From an uncultured Gemmatimonadales bacterium (GTDB lineage Bacteria; Gemmatimonadota; Gemmatimonadetes; Gemmatimonadales; GWC2-71-9): 64,000 bases of DNA. The DNA is taken from assembly GCA_963730185.1 (NCBI GenBank), contig CAVSQW010000007.1, positions 64,001 through 128,000 on the forward strand, written 5' to 3'. Of this stretch, positions 41,169-51,086 are shown in pieces. Both the position numbers and the translations under genes were made by a program. Below the pieces are notes generated by a model. The model saw nothing but the letters and a program-made list of their open reading frames with translations, was not told the origin of the DNA and searched no databases. Positions within the stretch are counted from its first letter, which is position 1; each line of letters starts with the position of its first letter.

Positions 41169-42778
41169 CGGGCGCGCCAGGCAACGGGGCGGCGGGCGGG
41201 TTCGATACCGTCGTCGTCGGCGCCGGGGTCAACGGCCTCGTGGCGGCCATCGCGCTGGCGAAGGCCGGGGAGCGGGTCCTGGTCGTGGACCGGGCCGACC
41301 AGTTCGGCGGCGAGCACCGGGTGGTCGAGTTCGCGCTCGGGTTCCGGGCTTCGCCGCTGGCGCCGGATCTGGGCTGGATCCCGCCCGAGGTTCGGCGCGG
41401 AGCGGGGATCGCCGAGCGGCTGACCGAGCTCGAGGTGGCGGCCGACCCGACGGTGGTGGGCGTCGACGGCGCGGGCGGCTTCCTGCCCCTGCATCGCGAT
41501 CCGGCGGTCACCGCGGAGCGGCTCCGTCACTATTCGCCCCGTGATGCCATTCAGTGGCCGCTCTTCGCCGGCCGGTTGTCGCGGTTGGCCGGCTTCCTGG
41601 GCTCGCTCTACGGTGGCCCACCGCCTCGGATCGACGCGTCGTCGCCGGGCGAGCTCTGGGACCTGGCCCGGTTGGGCGGGCGGCTCAAGCGGCTCGGCCG
41701 GGTGGAGATGGTGGAGCTCCTCCGGACCGTGCCGATGGCCGTGGGCGAGTTCCTGGACGAATGGTTCGAGACCGACGTGCTCAAGGGCACCCTGGCGGCC
41801 GGCGCCGTCGCGACGCTCTGCCAGGGTCCGCGGTCGGGCGGGACGGCGTTCCCCCTGCTCCACGGCCAGGTCGGCGCCGCCCCCGGCGCGATTCGCTCGG
41901 GGCTTCGGCTCCGGGGCGGGGTCGCCGCGCTGGTTACCCTACTGGTCGAGGAAGCGCGCCGGCGCGGGGTGGAGCTCCGATCGCAGGCGCCGGTGGCCGA
42001 GATCGAGGTGCGGAACGACGCCGTGAGCGGCGTCCGTCTCGAGACCGGTGAGCGGATCGCGGCCTCGCACGTCCTCTCGACGGCCGATCCGACGCGAACG
42101 CTCCTGAGTCTGGTGGACCCGTTGTATCTGGATCCCGAGCTGATCGCCGCGGTCCGGAACATCCGTTACCGAGGAGCGCAGGCCCGGGTGCTGCTGGGGC
42201 TCGACGCGCTGCCGGTGCCGCCCGGGCTGGAAGGTGGAGAGCGGGCCCTGACCGGGCGGTTGGTGCTGGCACCGTCGCTCGCCCACCTGGAACGGGCCTA
42301 CGACGCCACCAAGTACGGGGAGGTGGCGGAGGAGCCGCTGGTCGAGCTCCGGATTCCGAGCCTGCTCGAGGAGGGCCTGGCGCCCGCCGGGAAGCACGTC
42401 ATGGTGCTCGACGTGCAGTTCGCGCCGTACCGCCTCCGGGCCGGCGACTGGAGCGGCCATCGCGAGCGCCTGGGCGATCTGGCCCTCGAGCTTGCCGGGC
42501 GGGTCCTTCCCGGGTTGGCCGACCGGGTGCTCCATCGGGCCGTGCTGACCCCGGCGGACCTCGAAGCCGAGTTCGGCCTCACCGAAGGTGCCGTGAGCCA
42601 GGGCGAGATGATGCTGGACCAGATTTTGTTCATGCGCCCGGTCGCCGGCTGGTCCCGCTACGCGCTTCCGGTCCCGGGGCTCTTCCTGGGCGGCTCGGGG
42701 GCGCATCCGGGGCCCGGGATCACGGGGGCGCCGGGATGGCAGGCGGCGCAGGCGGCGCTCCGGGCCCGGGCGTCGTAG
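41165..42778 (+). CDS. Phytoene-desaturase-family FAD oxidoreductase, copy B (divergent)
   Basis: ATGA overlap; VGAGVNGL, LERAYD, TPADLE and GAHPGPG motifs. Confidence 0.88.
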   Translation: MTGAPGNGAAGGFDTVVVGAGVNGLVAAIALAKAGERVLVVDRADQFGGEHRVVEFALGFRASPLAPDLGWIPPEVRRGAGIAERLTELEVAADPTVVGVDGAGGFLPLHRDPAVTAERLRHYSPRDAIQWPLFAGRLSRLAGFLGSLYGGPPPRIDASSPGELWDLARLGGRLKRLGRVEMVELLRTVPMAVGEFLDEWFETDVLKGTLAAGAVATLCQGPRSGGTAFPLLHGQVGAAPGAIRSGLRLRGGVAALVTLLVEEARRRGVELRSQAPVAEIEVRNDAVSGVRLETGERIAASHVLSTADPTRTLLSLVDPLYLDPELIAAVRNIRYRGAQARVLLGLDALPVPPGLEGGERALTGRLVLAPSLAHLERAYDATKYGEVAEEPLVELRIPSLLEEGLAPAGKHVMVLDVQFAPYRLRAGDWSGHRERLGDLALELAGRVLPGLADRVLHRAVLTPADLEAEFGLTEGAVSQGEMMLDQILFMRPVAGWSRYALPVPGLFLGGSGAHPGPGITGAPGWQAAQAALRARAS

Positions 42779-42798
42779 CCGAGAGCCGGGGAGGTCCC

Positions 42799-43929
42799 AT
42801 GTCGACGTTTCACCGCACGGCCACCAGCCATCAACCGGGCGCTCGGACCATGCCCGGGGAGTACTACACTTCGCCGGCCATCTTCGCCGAGGAGGCCGAG
42901 CGGATCGGGCTCACCCAGTGGCACTGCGTGGGCCGGGTCGACGCGATCGCGGCCCCGGGCGACTTCCTGGTCCGGACCATCGCCGGGGAGTCGCTGATCG
43001 TCCTGCGCGACCGCCGGGGCGACCTGCGGGCCCTCTTCAACGTCTGCCGCCACCGGGGCACCCGGCTCTGCGATCGCTCCTCAGGGCACTTCTCCGAGAC
43101 GATCCAGTGCCCCTACCACGCCTGGACCTGGACCACCGACGGCCAGCTGATCGGCGCGCCCCACATGCAGGAGGTGGAGGGGTTCGACAAGGGCGACTAC
43201 CCGCTCCATCAGGCGGCGGTGGCGAGCTGGGAGGGATTCGTCTTCGTCAATCTGTCGCCGGGTCCGGTGGCGCTCGAGGCCGCGCTGGCGCCGATCTGGG
43301 ACCGGTTCCGCCGGTTCGGCCTGGACCGGCTCCGCCCGGGCCGCCGGATCCGCTACGAGATCGCGACCAATTGGAAGCTGGTGTTTCAGAACTACTCCGA
43401 GTGCCTCCACTGCCCCATGATCCACCCGGAGCTCTCCTGCAAGCTGCCCTATCAGAGCGGCGCCAACGACCTGATGGAGGGCCCGTTCCTCGGCGGCTAC
43501 ATGGAGATCACCGAGGGCAACGAGAGCGTGACCGTGTCGGGCCGGCGGGTGGCGCCCTGGATCGCGGACCTCGGTCCCGAGGATCGGCGGCGGGCGTATT
43601 ACTACACCCTGATGCCCAACCTGCTGCTCAGCGTGCATCCGGACTACGTGAACTACTATCTGGTCTGGCCCGAGGCGGCCGACCGGACGGTGGTGGAGAG
43701 CGAGTGGCTCTTCCATCCCGCCGCGTTCGACGATCCGGGCTTCGATCCGGACGACGCGGTGGCGATGTGGGATCTGACCAACCGGCAGGACTGGAAGATT
43801 ACCGAGGAGAGCCTGGCCGGGATCCGGTCGCGCCATTACCGCCCCGGCCCCTATTCGGCCCGGGAGAGCGTGCCGGCGGCCTGGGATCGCGCCTATCTCG
43901 AGCTGATGGGCCGGCCGACCGGAGCCTGA
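42799..43929 (+). CDS. Rieske non-heme iron oxygenase alpha subunit (GbcA/choline monooxygenase-like)
   Basis: CRH...CPYH Rieske motif; NWKL..NYSECLHCPMIH and QD iron ligands; GGAGG SD. Confidence 0.92.
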   Translation: MSTFHRTATSHQPGARTMPGEYYTSPAIFAEEAERIGLTQWHCVGRVDAIAAPGDFLVRTIAGESLIVLRDRRGDLRALFNVCRHRGTRLCDRSSGHFSETIQCPYHAWTWTTDGQLIGAPHMQEVEGFDKGDYPLHQAAVASWEGFVFVNLSPGPVALEAALAPIWDRFRRFGLDRLRPGRRIRYEIATNWKLVFQNYSECLHCPMIHPELSCKLPYQSGANDLMEGPFLGGYMEITEGNESVTVSGRRVAPWIADLGPEDRRRAYYYTLMPNLLLSVHPDYVNYYLVWPEAADRTVVESEWLFHPAAFDDPGFDPDDAVAMWDLTNRQDWKITEESLAGIRSRHYRPGPYSARESVPAAWDRAYLELMGRPTGA

Positions 43930-43965
43930 GCGCGCCCCGGTCGTCGAGGCCGGGTTGAGCCCGGC

Positions 43966-45543
43966 TCAGTCGATCGCGGTCCGTCGCCGGCCGGCGTACC
44001 GCAAGCCGAAGAAGATCGCCCCGGCCACCAGGAGCGAGCCGGCCTGGGTCGCGAGGTGCCCGAGGTAGATCTCGCCCGCGAGGAACACCGAGGACATCAG
44101 CAGGGTCAGCGTGGTCACCCGGGTGCCGAAGCGGGCGAAGGCCGAGAAGCTGATCGGCGACTCCGCCTTCTCGGCGAGTCCCACGACCGTCACGTTGGCG
44201 CTGGCCCCGATCACCGAGCCGTTCCCCCCGAGGCATGCCCCGAGGGCCAGGGCCCACCAGAGCACCGACGTCTCGCCGCTGAGCTGGCCTGACAGGTTCC
44301 CGATGATCGGGATCACCACCGCGACGTAGGGGATGTTGTCGATCAGGGCGGAGAGGATCCCGCTCACCCAGAGAATCAGGAGCGAGGCGAAGAGCAGGGT
44401 CCCGAGATCCGACAGCCCGGCGGCATGGCGGCCCCACTCGATGAACCCGACTAGCCCGTGAGAGAGGGTGTTGATCAGGCCGGTCTGAACGGCGGCGCCG
44501 ACCGCGATGAAGAGGAAGGCGAAGAACGAGAGGGTGGGCCACTCGATCTCGCCCTCGATCACGTGGAGGATGCCGTGGACTCGCTCGGCGAACGAGGCGT
44601 CCCGAACCCGGAGGTAGAAGACATCCTGCACGACCAGCATCAGAGCCGCGCCGATCGCGGCGGGCACGGCGGCCGGCATCCCGGTGAGGGGATGGGTGAA
44701 GAACCCGACGAAGATCAGGACCGCGATGACCAGGCCGGCGTTCAGGAGGGGGCGATTCCGGAGCCGGGGGACGGTTACCTCGTCGGGTTCGAGCGACTGG
44801 CGTCCGGCGGCGTAGTCGGCGGCGTAGTAGGACCTGGTGAACCAGACCAGCATGGCCATCATCGCCAGCACCGGGATGGTCAGGTTCACGACGAAGTCGC
44901 CGAAGCTGAGCCCGGCTCTCGAGCCGATCAGAATGTTGGGTGGGTCGCCGATCAGGGTCGCGGTGCCGCCGATGTTGGCGGCCATCACCATCGGGAGGAG
45001 AAAGGCCGCGACCGGAATCCGAATCTCGCGGGCCAGCTGGATCGCCATCGGGGTGGTGAAGACCACCGTGGTGACGTTGTCGGCCAGGGCCGAGATCAGC
45101 CCGGTGAACCAGATCAGGATCTGGGCGAGGAGGAAGGGTTTGCCGCCCGAGAGCTGGAGCAGCCGGGCCACGGCCCACGTGAAGACGCCGGTCGACTTGA
45201 GCACGCCGACCACCGCCATCATCGAGGCCAGCAGGATGATGACGTTGAGGTCGATCTCGGCCTGGGAGGCCTCGAACGAAATCAGGTGATAGGGCGTCAG
45301 GTAGGTGATCAGCCAGAGCAAGGCCACGGCGCAGAAGATCACCAGCACCCGGTGCGCCTTTTCCAGGGCGAGCATCACGAACACGCCGGTGATGATCGCC
45401 GCCACGAGGCCCTGTGACACGGCGTCGTGGGTCGACGCGAGCCCAGACTCGGCGGCCCAGGCAACCCCCGGCGCCAAGACCGCCAGGCCGGCGAGCAACG
45501 GCAAGGCGCGGAGCGCGCAACGGAAACGAGTGGGGATGGTCAT
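43966..45543 (-). CDS. ArsB/NhaD-family permease, paralogue 2
   Basis: DNVTT, ANIGGTATLIGDPPN, IDNIP and GGNGSVIGASAN motifs; start uncertain. Confidence 0.92.
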   Translation of the reverse strand: MTIPTRFRCALRALPLLAGLAVLAPGVAWAAESGLASTHDAVSQGLVAAIITGVFVMLALEKAHRVLVIFCAVALLWLITYLTPYHLISFEASQAEIDLNVIILLASMMAVVGVLKSTGVFTWAVARLLQLSGGKPFLLAQILIWFTGLISALADNVTTVVFTTPMAIQLAREIRIPVAAFLLPMVMAANIGGTATLIGDPPNILIGSRAGLSFGDFVVNLTIPVLAMMAMLVWFTRSYYAADYAAGRQSLEPDEVTVPRLRNRPLLNAGLVIAVLIFVGFFTHPLTGMPAAVPAAIGAALMLVVQDVFYLRVRDASFAERVHGILHVIEGEIEWPTLSFFAFLFIAVGAAVQTGLINTLSHGLVGFIEWGRHAAGLSDLGTLLFASLLILWVSGILSALIDNIPYVAVVIPIIGNLSGQLSGETSVLWWALALGACLGGNGSVIGASANVTVVGLAEKAESPISFSAFARFGTRVTTLTLLMSSVFLAGEIYLGHLATQAGSLLVAGAIFFGLRYAGRRRTAID

Positions 45544-45746
45544 CGGGGTCGGCAATGTGTCGGGGCCGGGCCGGTCGTCGCAAGCCTGGCGCCGCGGCGA
45601 GCCCACTCACCAACCACCTTCATCGATTCCTTCGCGCCCTCCGCGTATTCTGCGGTTGAATCAGGTCGATCGGGGCCGCGGATGGGATCGGGCCCCGGCG
45701 GAGGAACGGCAGGTCGACCGCAGTGGGCGGGGAGGCCGGGCGGCGG

Positions 45747-47294
45747 CTACCCGGCGGACCGGACGGTGCGACGGGCGATCCAGCGGGCCAGGAGGAGTCC
45801 CAGGAAGACGGTGATGGTGGTGAGGTGGGTGGGGAGCCGTCCGAGGAAGACGAATCCGGCCAGGAAGAGCGATGACGCGGCCAGTGTCATGGTCATAACC
45901 CGGGCACCGAACCGGGTGAAGTCGAGGAACGAGATCGGAACCGACGCCTTCTCGGCCAGCCCGACCACCGTCACGTTGGCGCTGGCCCCGATCAGGGTGC
46001 CGTTGCCGCCCAGGCAGGCCCCGAGCGAGAGGGCCCACCAGAGGATCTCGGTGTCGCCGGTCAGGTGCCGGGTCAGGGTGGCGATCAAGGGGATGGTCAC
46101 TGCCACGTAGGGGATGTTGTCGATCAGGGCCGAGAAGATCCCGCTGGCCCAGAGCACCAGCATCGAGGCGAAGTAGAGCGTCCCCCGATCGGAGAGCCCA
46201 AGGTGCAGCCGGCCCCAGTCCACGAAGCCGGCCACGCCCGCGGCCAGCGTGTCGATCAGCCCGGTCTGGACGGCGGCACCCACGGCGATGAACAACAGCG
46301 CGAAGAAGGAGAGGGTGGGCCACTCGATCTCCCGCTCGATGACGTGGAGGATGCCGTGCATCCGCTCCCGCATCGACGGGTCGCGGGATCGGAGGTAGAA
46401 CAGGTCTTGGACCAGGAGGATCGCCGCCGCGCCGATCGCCGCGGGCACCGCCGCCGGCATCCCCGTCATGCTGTGGGTGAAGAAGCCCACGAAGATCAGA
46501 CCCGAGATCGCCAGCGCCCAGCGGAGGAGGGGCAGGTCGGAGAGCGGCGGAACCTCCACGGCGTCGCGGTCGAGCGAGGTCCTTCCCGCGCGGAACGCGC
46601 TCCGGAAGTACCGGGCCGAGAACCACTCGAGCAGGACCATCATGCAGAGGACCGGGGCGGTCAGGTTGACCAGGAACTCGAGGAAGCTCAGCCCGGCCCC
46701 GGATCCGATCAGGATGTTCGGGGGGTCGCCGATCAGGGTCGCGGTCCCGCCGATGTTCGCCGCCATCACCATCGGGAGCAGGAACGCGGGCGCCGCCACG
46801 CCCGTCGCCCCGGCCACCTCGAGCGCCATCGGAGTGGCGAAGATCACGGTCGTGACGTTGTCGGCCAGACTGGAGAGAATCCCGGTGAACCAGATCAGGA
46901 TGGCCATCAGGACCAGCGGCCGTCCGCCCGCCGCCCGGAGCAGCCGGGCCACCGCCCAGGCGAAGACCCCGGTGGACTTGAGCACCCCCACCACGGCCAT
47001 CATCGAGGCCAGCAGCAGGATCACGTTCAGGTCGATCGCCTCGTGCGAGGCCTCGAACGAAATCAGGTGATAGGGCGTGAGGTAGGTGATCAGCCAGAGG
47101 AGGGCCACCGCCGAGAGAATGACCAGCACCCGATGGGCCTTCTCCAGCGCCAGCAGAACGAACACGCTCACGATGATCAGCGCCACCAGGATCTGGGACA
47201 CCGGATCGTGGGTGGAGTTGAGCGGGTTCGGGGCGGCCAGGGGCGACGCCGCCTGTCCGAGGGTCACGTCGATGAGGAGGGGGAGTCGGGGCAC
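45747..47294 (-). CDS. ArsB/NhaD-family permease, paralogue 1
   Basis: Same motifs as the neighbour (DNVTT, GDPPN, GGNGTLIGASAN). Confidence 0.92.
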   Translation of the reverse strand: MPRLPLLIDVTLGQAASPLAAPNPLNSTHDPVSQILVALIIVSVFVLLALEKAHRVLVILSAVALLWLITYLTPYHLISFEASHEAIDLNVILLLASMMAVVGVLKSTGVFAWAVARLLRAAGGRPLVLMAILIWFTGILSSLADNVTTVIFATPMALEVAGATGVAAPAFLLPMVMAANIGGTATLIGDPPNILIGSGAGLSFLEFLVNLTAPVLCMMVLLEWFSARYFRSAFRAGRTSLDRDAVEVPPLSDLPLLRWALAISGLIFVGFFTHSMTGMPAAVPAAIGAAAILLVQDLFYLRSRDPSMRERMHGILHVIEREIEWPTLSFFALLFIAVGAAVQTGLIDTLAAGVAGFVDWGRLHLGLSDRGTLYFASMLVLWASGIFSALIDNIPYVAVTIPLIATLTRHLTGDTEILWWALSLGACLGGNGTLIGASANVTVVGLAEKASVPISFLDFTRFGARVMTMTLAASSLFLAGFVFLGRLPTHLTTITVFLGLLLARWIARRTVRSAG

Positions 47295-47427
47295 GAGGGC
47301 TCGTGGGGAGGACGGTCAAGTGTGGCGGGGCCGTGGCCGTCTTGCAAGCGCTCCTGGGGGGTAGCATCGTTGGGGGGCCCGGACCGCGCCGGGCTCCCGA
47401 CCCCCAGCCCCGAGCCCGAGACGATCA

Positions 47428-48807
47428 ATGAAGGCTGCCGCCCGTCCGCCCCTCGTCCGCCCCCTGCTCGCCTTCGCGGCGGCGGTCGTCGTCGCCGCGC
47501 CGGGCCTTTGGGCCCAGACCCGACCCTTCGGCACCCTGCGGGAGCAGGCCCGCCGCCAGCAGGGATGGCTCGCCGAGCGGCTCACCACGGTGCTGCCCGC
47601 CCTGATGCGGCGGTACGGGATCGACCTCTGGGTCATCCCGATGCGGGAGTACAACGAGGATCCGACCTTCACCTCGCTGGTGTCGCCCACCACCTTCGCC
47701 GCCCGCCGCCGGACCATCTACGTGTTCTTCGACCGGGGTGGTGATCGTGGCGTGGAGCGGATCGCGCTCGGGGGCACTTCCCAGGGTGGCCTCTACGACG
47801 CCGTCCGGGCCACCAAGACGGTCGACGCGCCGGTCGGCGGCCAGCAGGCCGAGCTCTGGGGCGACGAGCAGTGGCAGGTCCTCGAACGGGTCCTCGCCGA
47901 GCGGAACCCGAAGGTGATCGGGGTGGACGTCTCCCGGGTCTTCGCCTTCTCGGACGGCCTCTCGGCCGGCGAGTACGAGGGGATGAAGGCGGCGCTTTCG
48001 GAGAAGTGGGTGAGCCGGATGAAGCCGGCCGACGGCCTGGCCATCGACTTCATCGCCACCCGGGTGCCGGACGAAGAGGCCTTCTACCATCAGCTCACCC
48101 AGCTGGTGTGGGACACGATCGACGAGATGTTTTCGAGCCGGACCGTCACCCCGGGCGTGACCCGCACCAGCGACCTGGTCTGGTGGTGGCGCCAGCGGGT
48201 CAACGATCTCGGGCTTGGGACCTGGTTCCAACCGTCGATCGAAGTGCAGCGCCAGGGCACCAGCGAGGAAGCGCTCGGCGACGATCCCGTGATTCAGCGG
48301 GGCGACGTGCTCCACTGCGACGTCGGGATCACCGCCCTCCGCCTCAATACCGACACCCAGCACATGGCCTACGTCCTCGAGCCGGGCGAGACCGACGCCC
48401 CGCCGGGCCTTCGCCGGGCGCTGGCCAACGCCAACGCCTTCCAGGACATCCTGCTCGACGAGGTTCGGCCGGGGCGGACCGGCAACGAGATCCTGGCCCT
48501 GACCCGGAAGCGCCTGGCGGCGCTCGGCCTGAGCGGCACGATGTACAGCCATCCGATCGGGATGCACGGGCACGGCTCGGGACCGCTGATCGGACTCTGG
48601 GACTACCAGGAGGGCGTGCCCGGCCGGGGTGACCACGCCGTCATCCCCAACATGTGGTTCTCGGGCGAGCTCCAGGTCACCTCGCCGGTCCCGGAGTGGG
48701 GTGGCCAGCCGGTCCGGATGGCGCTCGAGGAGGACTTCGTGGTGGCCGCCGACGGGTCCACCCACTGGGCCCTCCGTCGTCAGGATCGCCTCCACCTGAT
48801 CCGATGA
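47428..48807 (+). CDS. Secreted M24 family (Xaa-Pro aminopeptidase-like) peptidase
   Basis: Signal peptide; HCDVG, TDTQ, HPIGMHGH, E and EED metal ligands. Confidence 0.88.
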   Translation: MKAAARPPLVRPLLAFAAAVVVAAPGLWAQTRPFGTLREQARRQQGWLAERLTTVLPALMRRYGIDLWVIPMREYNEDPTFTSLVSPTTFAARRRTIYVFFDRGGDRGVERIALGGTSQGGLYDAVRATKTVDAPVGGQQAELWGDEQWQVLERVLAERNPKVIGVDVSRVFAFSDGLSAGEYEGMKAALSEKWVSRMKPADGLAIDFIATRVPDEEAFYHQLTQLVWDTIDEMFSSRTVTPGVTRTSDLVWWWRQRVNDLGLGTWFQPSIEVQRQGTSEEALGDDPVIQRGDVLHCDVGITALRLNTDTQHMAYVLEPGETDAPPGLRRALANANAFQDILLDEVRPGRTGNEILALTRKRLAALGLSGTMYSHPIGMHGHGSGPLIGLWDYQEGVPGRGDHAVIPNMWFSGELQVTSPVPEWGGQPVRMALEEDFVVAADGSTHWALRRQDRLHLIR

Positions 48808-48853
48808 CCGGGCGCCGCGGCTTCCGGCCGCTCCCCGTCACCCCCGGCGTCTC

Positions 48854-49825
48854 ATGTTGACCGCCGTCGGGCTGGTCCTGCTCGCCTTGGTGGTCCTGGC
48901 CTTCGGCGGCGAGCTCCTGGTCCGAGGCGCCGTGGGGATCGCGCGAGTCGCGGGGCTCACCCCGGCCGTGATCGGACTCACGGTCGTCGCCCTCGGGACG
49001 TCGCTGCCGGAGCTGGTCGTGAGCGTGATCGCCTCGCTCAAGGGGCAGCCCGATCTCTCGATCGGCAACGTGATCGGCTCCAACATCATCAACCTGTCGT
49101 TCATCGTCGGTCTGGCTGCCTTGGTGCGCCCGTTGGCCATCACCGGGACCGTGGTCCGGGTGGAATGGCCGATCATGTTCGTGGCCAGCGCCGCCTTCGT
49201 GGGCTGGAGCTGGGACGGTCAGCTGACCCGGGTCGAGGCCGGGCTCTTCCTGGTGTTCCTGGTGCTGGTGATGGTCAACGCCATCCGGCTGGCTCGTCGG
49301 GAGGTCACTGCGGGCGAGTCGGCCCAGCTCGGTGAGGAAGTGGCCGCGCTGGCGCCGAAGGGCGTGCTGGCCGAGACCTCGGTGGCCGCCGCCTTGACCC
49401 TGGTCGGGATCGGGCTCCTGATCGTCGGGGGCCGCTGGCTGGTGGAGGGCGCGGTGGCGCTGGCGGAGTTGGCCGGGATGAGCCAACGGGTCATCGGCCT
49501 CACGATCGTCGCGGGCGGGACCAGCGCGCCCGAAGTCGCGACCTCGGTGGTGGCCGCCGTTCGGGGCCGCTCCGACATCGCGGTCGCCAACTTGATCGGC
49601 TCCAACATCTTCAACGTCCTCGGGATCCTCGGGGTGGCCGGGGTCATCACCCCGATCACGGTCTCGCCCGCGATGCTCGGGAGCGACGTCTGGTGGATGC
49701 TCGGCATCGAGCTGTTGCTCTTCCTCCTGATGTGGCTCCGTCGGCGCCTGTCCCGGCTCGACGGGGCCATTCTGCTCGGGGCCTACCTCACCTACCTCGG
49801 CTTTCTCCTGGGGGTCCGGTTCTGA
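48854..49825 (+). CDS. Calcium/sodium antiporter (CaCA, YrbG-like)
   Basis: Two alpha repeats, GTSLPE/GSNIIN and GTSAPE/GSNIFN. Confidence 0.95.
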   Translation: MLTAVGLVLLALVVLAFGGELLVRGAVGIARVAGLTPAVIGLTVVALGTSLPELVVSVIASLKGQPDLSIGNVIGSNIINLSFIVGLAALVRPLAITGTVVRVEWPIMFVASAAFVGWSWDGQLTRVEAGLFLVFLVLVMVNAIRLARREVTAGESAQLGEEVAALAPKGVLAETSVAAALTLVGIGLLIVGGRWLVEGAVALAELAGMSQRVIGLTIVAGGTSAPEVATSVVAAVRGRSDIAVANLIGSNIFNVLGILGVAGVITPITVSPAMLGSDVWWMLGIELLLFLLMWLRRRLSRLDGAILLGAYLTYLGFLLGVRF

Positions 49826-49969
49826 CCGTGGCTGGTGGCCGACCTGGGCCAGCCGGCGAGTTTGTCGATTACGGGGGGCGTCGTTCGACCTGGGGGCTCA
49901 AGGTTCGGGACGGGGCGACCGATACTGTTCCATCAACGAGTATACCGTGCAACGCGCACCAGGGACTCA

Positions 49970-50243
49970 ATGATCGGACCGGTCGCATCGCCACGCCCCA
50001 TCGAGCTCCTCCGAGCGAGCTCGGACCAGATCCGCCGAGCGGCGGACCTGCTGGCCGAGCATCACCGGGCAGACCGATCCCAGGCGGTCGGTCCGGCGTG
50101 CGCCCACCCGTCCGGCCCCCGATCCGGCCGACGAGGCCGATCGGGCCGCCGAGGACCGGACCCGGACCATCCTCGAGGCCCAGCGGGGCTTCGTGGCCTC
50201 CCTCCGCCTCGAACAGATCGAGGAGCGTCTCGGACCCCGCTGA
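49970..50243 (+). CDS. Putative small protein (~90 aa), apparently frameshifted near 50057
   Basis: ATG 49970 MIGPVASPRPIELLRASSDQIRRAADLLA; the +1 frame continues ...DEADRAAEDRTRTILEAQRGFVASLRLEQIEERLGPR* and has no start codon of its own. Confidence 0.45.
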
Positions 50244-50335
50244 CCCACCGGGTGGCCCCGCGACCGCCCTTCCCAAGCCTCCTGGTCCAACCTTATCCTA
50301 CGGTTCACGGACCAACGACGTAGTCGAGGCAAACG

Positions 50336-50860
50336 GTGAGCGACGAACCAGAATATCTGCGGCTCATGCGGCAGCGCCGGCACGAGCAGAGTCGACGCTC
50401 CGGGTCCGGGTCCGGTGCCCATTCCGACTATTCCGCCCAGGAGCAAGAGGCGTTGCGGTGGGCCAGGGAGTTGGCCAAGGGCACCGAGCTCCGCTCGATC
50501 CGGAACCTGGGGGGATCTCGCTACGCGGCCCTGGTGCGCCTCCAGGCCGCGAGCGGGGTCAAGTTCTTGTCCCTAGAGGGTTTTGCCGGTCGGGAGGCCC
50601 TGATCGATCGGGTCAAGCCGGGGGCGACCGTCGGCGAGGAGGTCTTGGGCGCCTACGAGGTCCGGGGCGGCCGCCCGGTCACGATCGAGCTTGGCGACGA
50701 CGGCCAGGTGGCCCTCAAGATGGGCAAGCCCCGGCCGGGGGCGAACCCGGTCAGCCCCGAGAAGATGATCCGGCGGGCGGCGGCTGAGGCGGCGGAGCGG
50801 GAGAAGTCGCGCCCCAGAGACCGGGACCGGGGCGGTCGGAGCGGGAAGACGCGGACCTGA
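50336..50860 (+). CDS. Hypothetical protein
   Basis: 174-aa ORF with host-like codon usage; no recognised motif. Confidence 0.65.
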   Translation: MSDEPEYLRLMRQRRHEQSRRSGSGSGAHSDYSAQEQEALRWARELAKGTELRSIRNLGGSRYAALVRLQAASGVKFLSLEGFAGREALIDRVKPGATVGEEVLGAYEVRGGRPVTIELGDDGQVALKMGKPRPGANPVSPEKMIRRAAAEAAEREKSRPRDRDRGGRSGKTRT

Positions 50861-51086
50861 GCGAGGGGGCTTCGGCCCCCTCGGCTCGTTCGGGGTGCAG
50901 TCGCCCCACTCCCAGGATCCACCGCAGGGCTTCGCTCGGGCTTGCCGGCTTCGCTCGCGCCATGACTAGAAGCTCATCGGCCCGGGTCACGTCCCTGTCA
51001 CCGCGACATACCAGCCGGGTCGATTCCCCTGCCAACCGCCCGGCGGGTCACTATCCTCCGGCCGTCACCCCGACGGAGGCCAGCCG

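Noticed and set aside
39588..42778. Carotenoid biosynthesis (crtI) genes
   Set aside because: No crtB, crtE or crtY nearby. Motifs and the GcvT/Rieske context fit the PYROXD2-like branch better.
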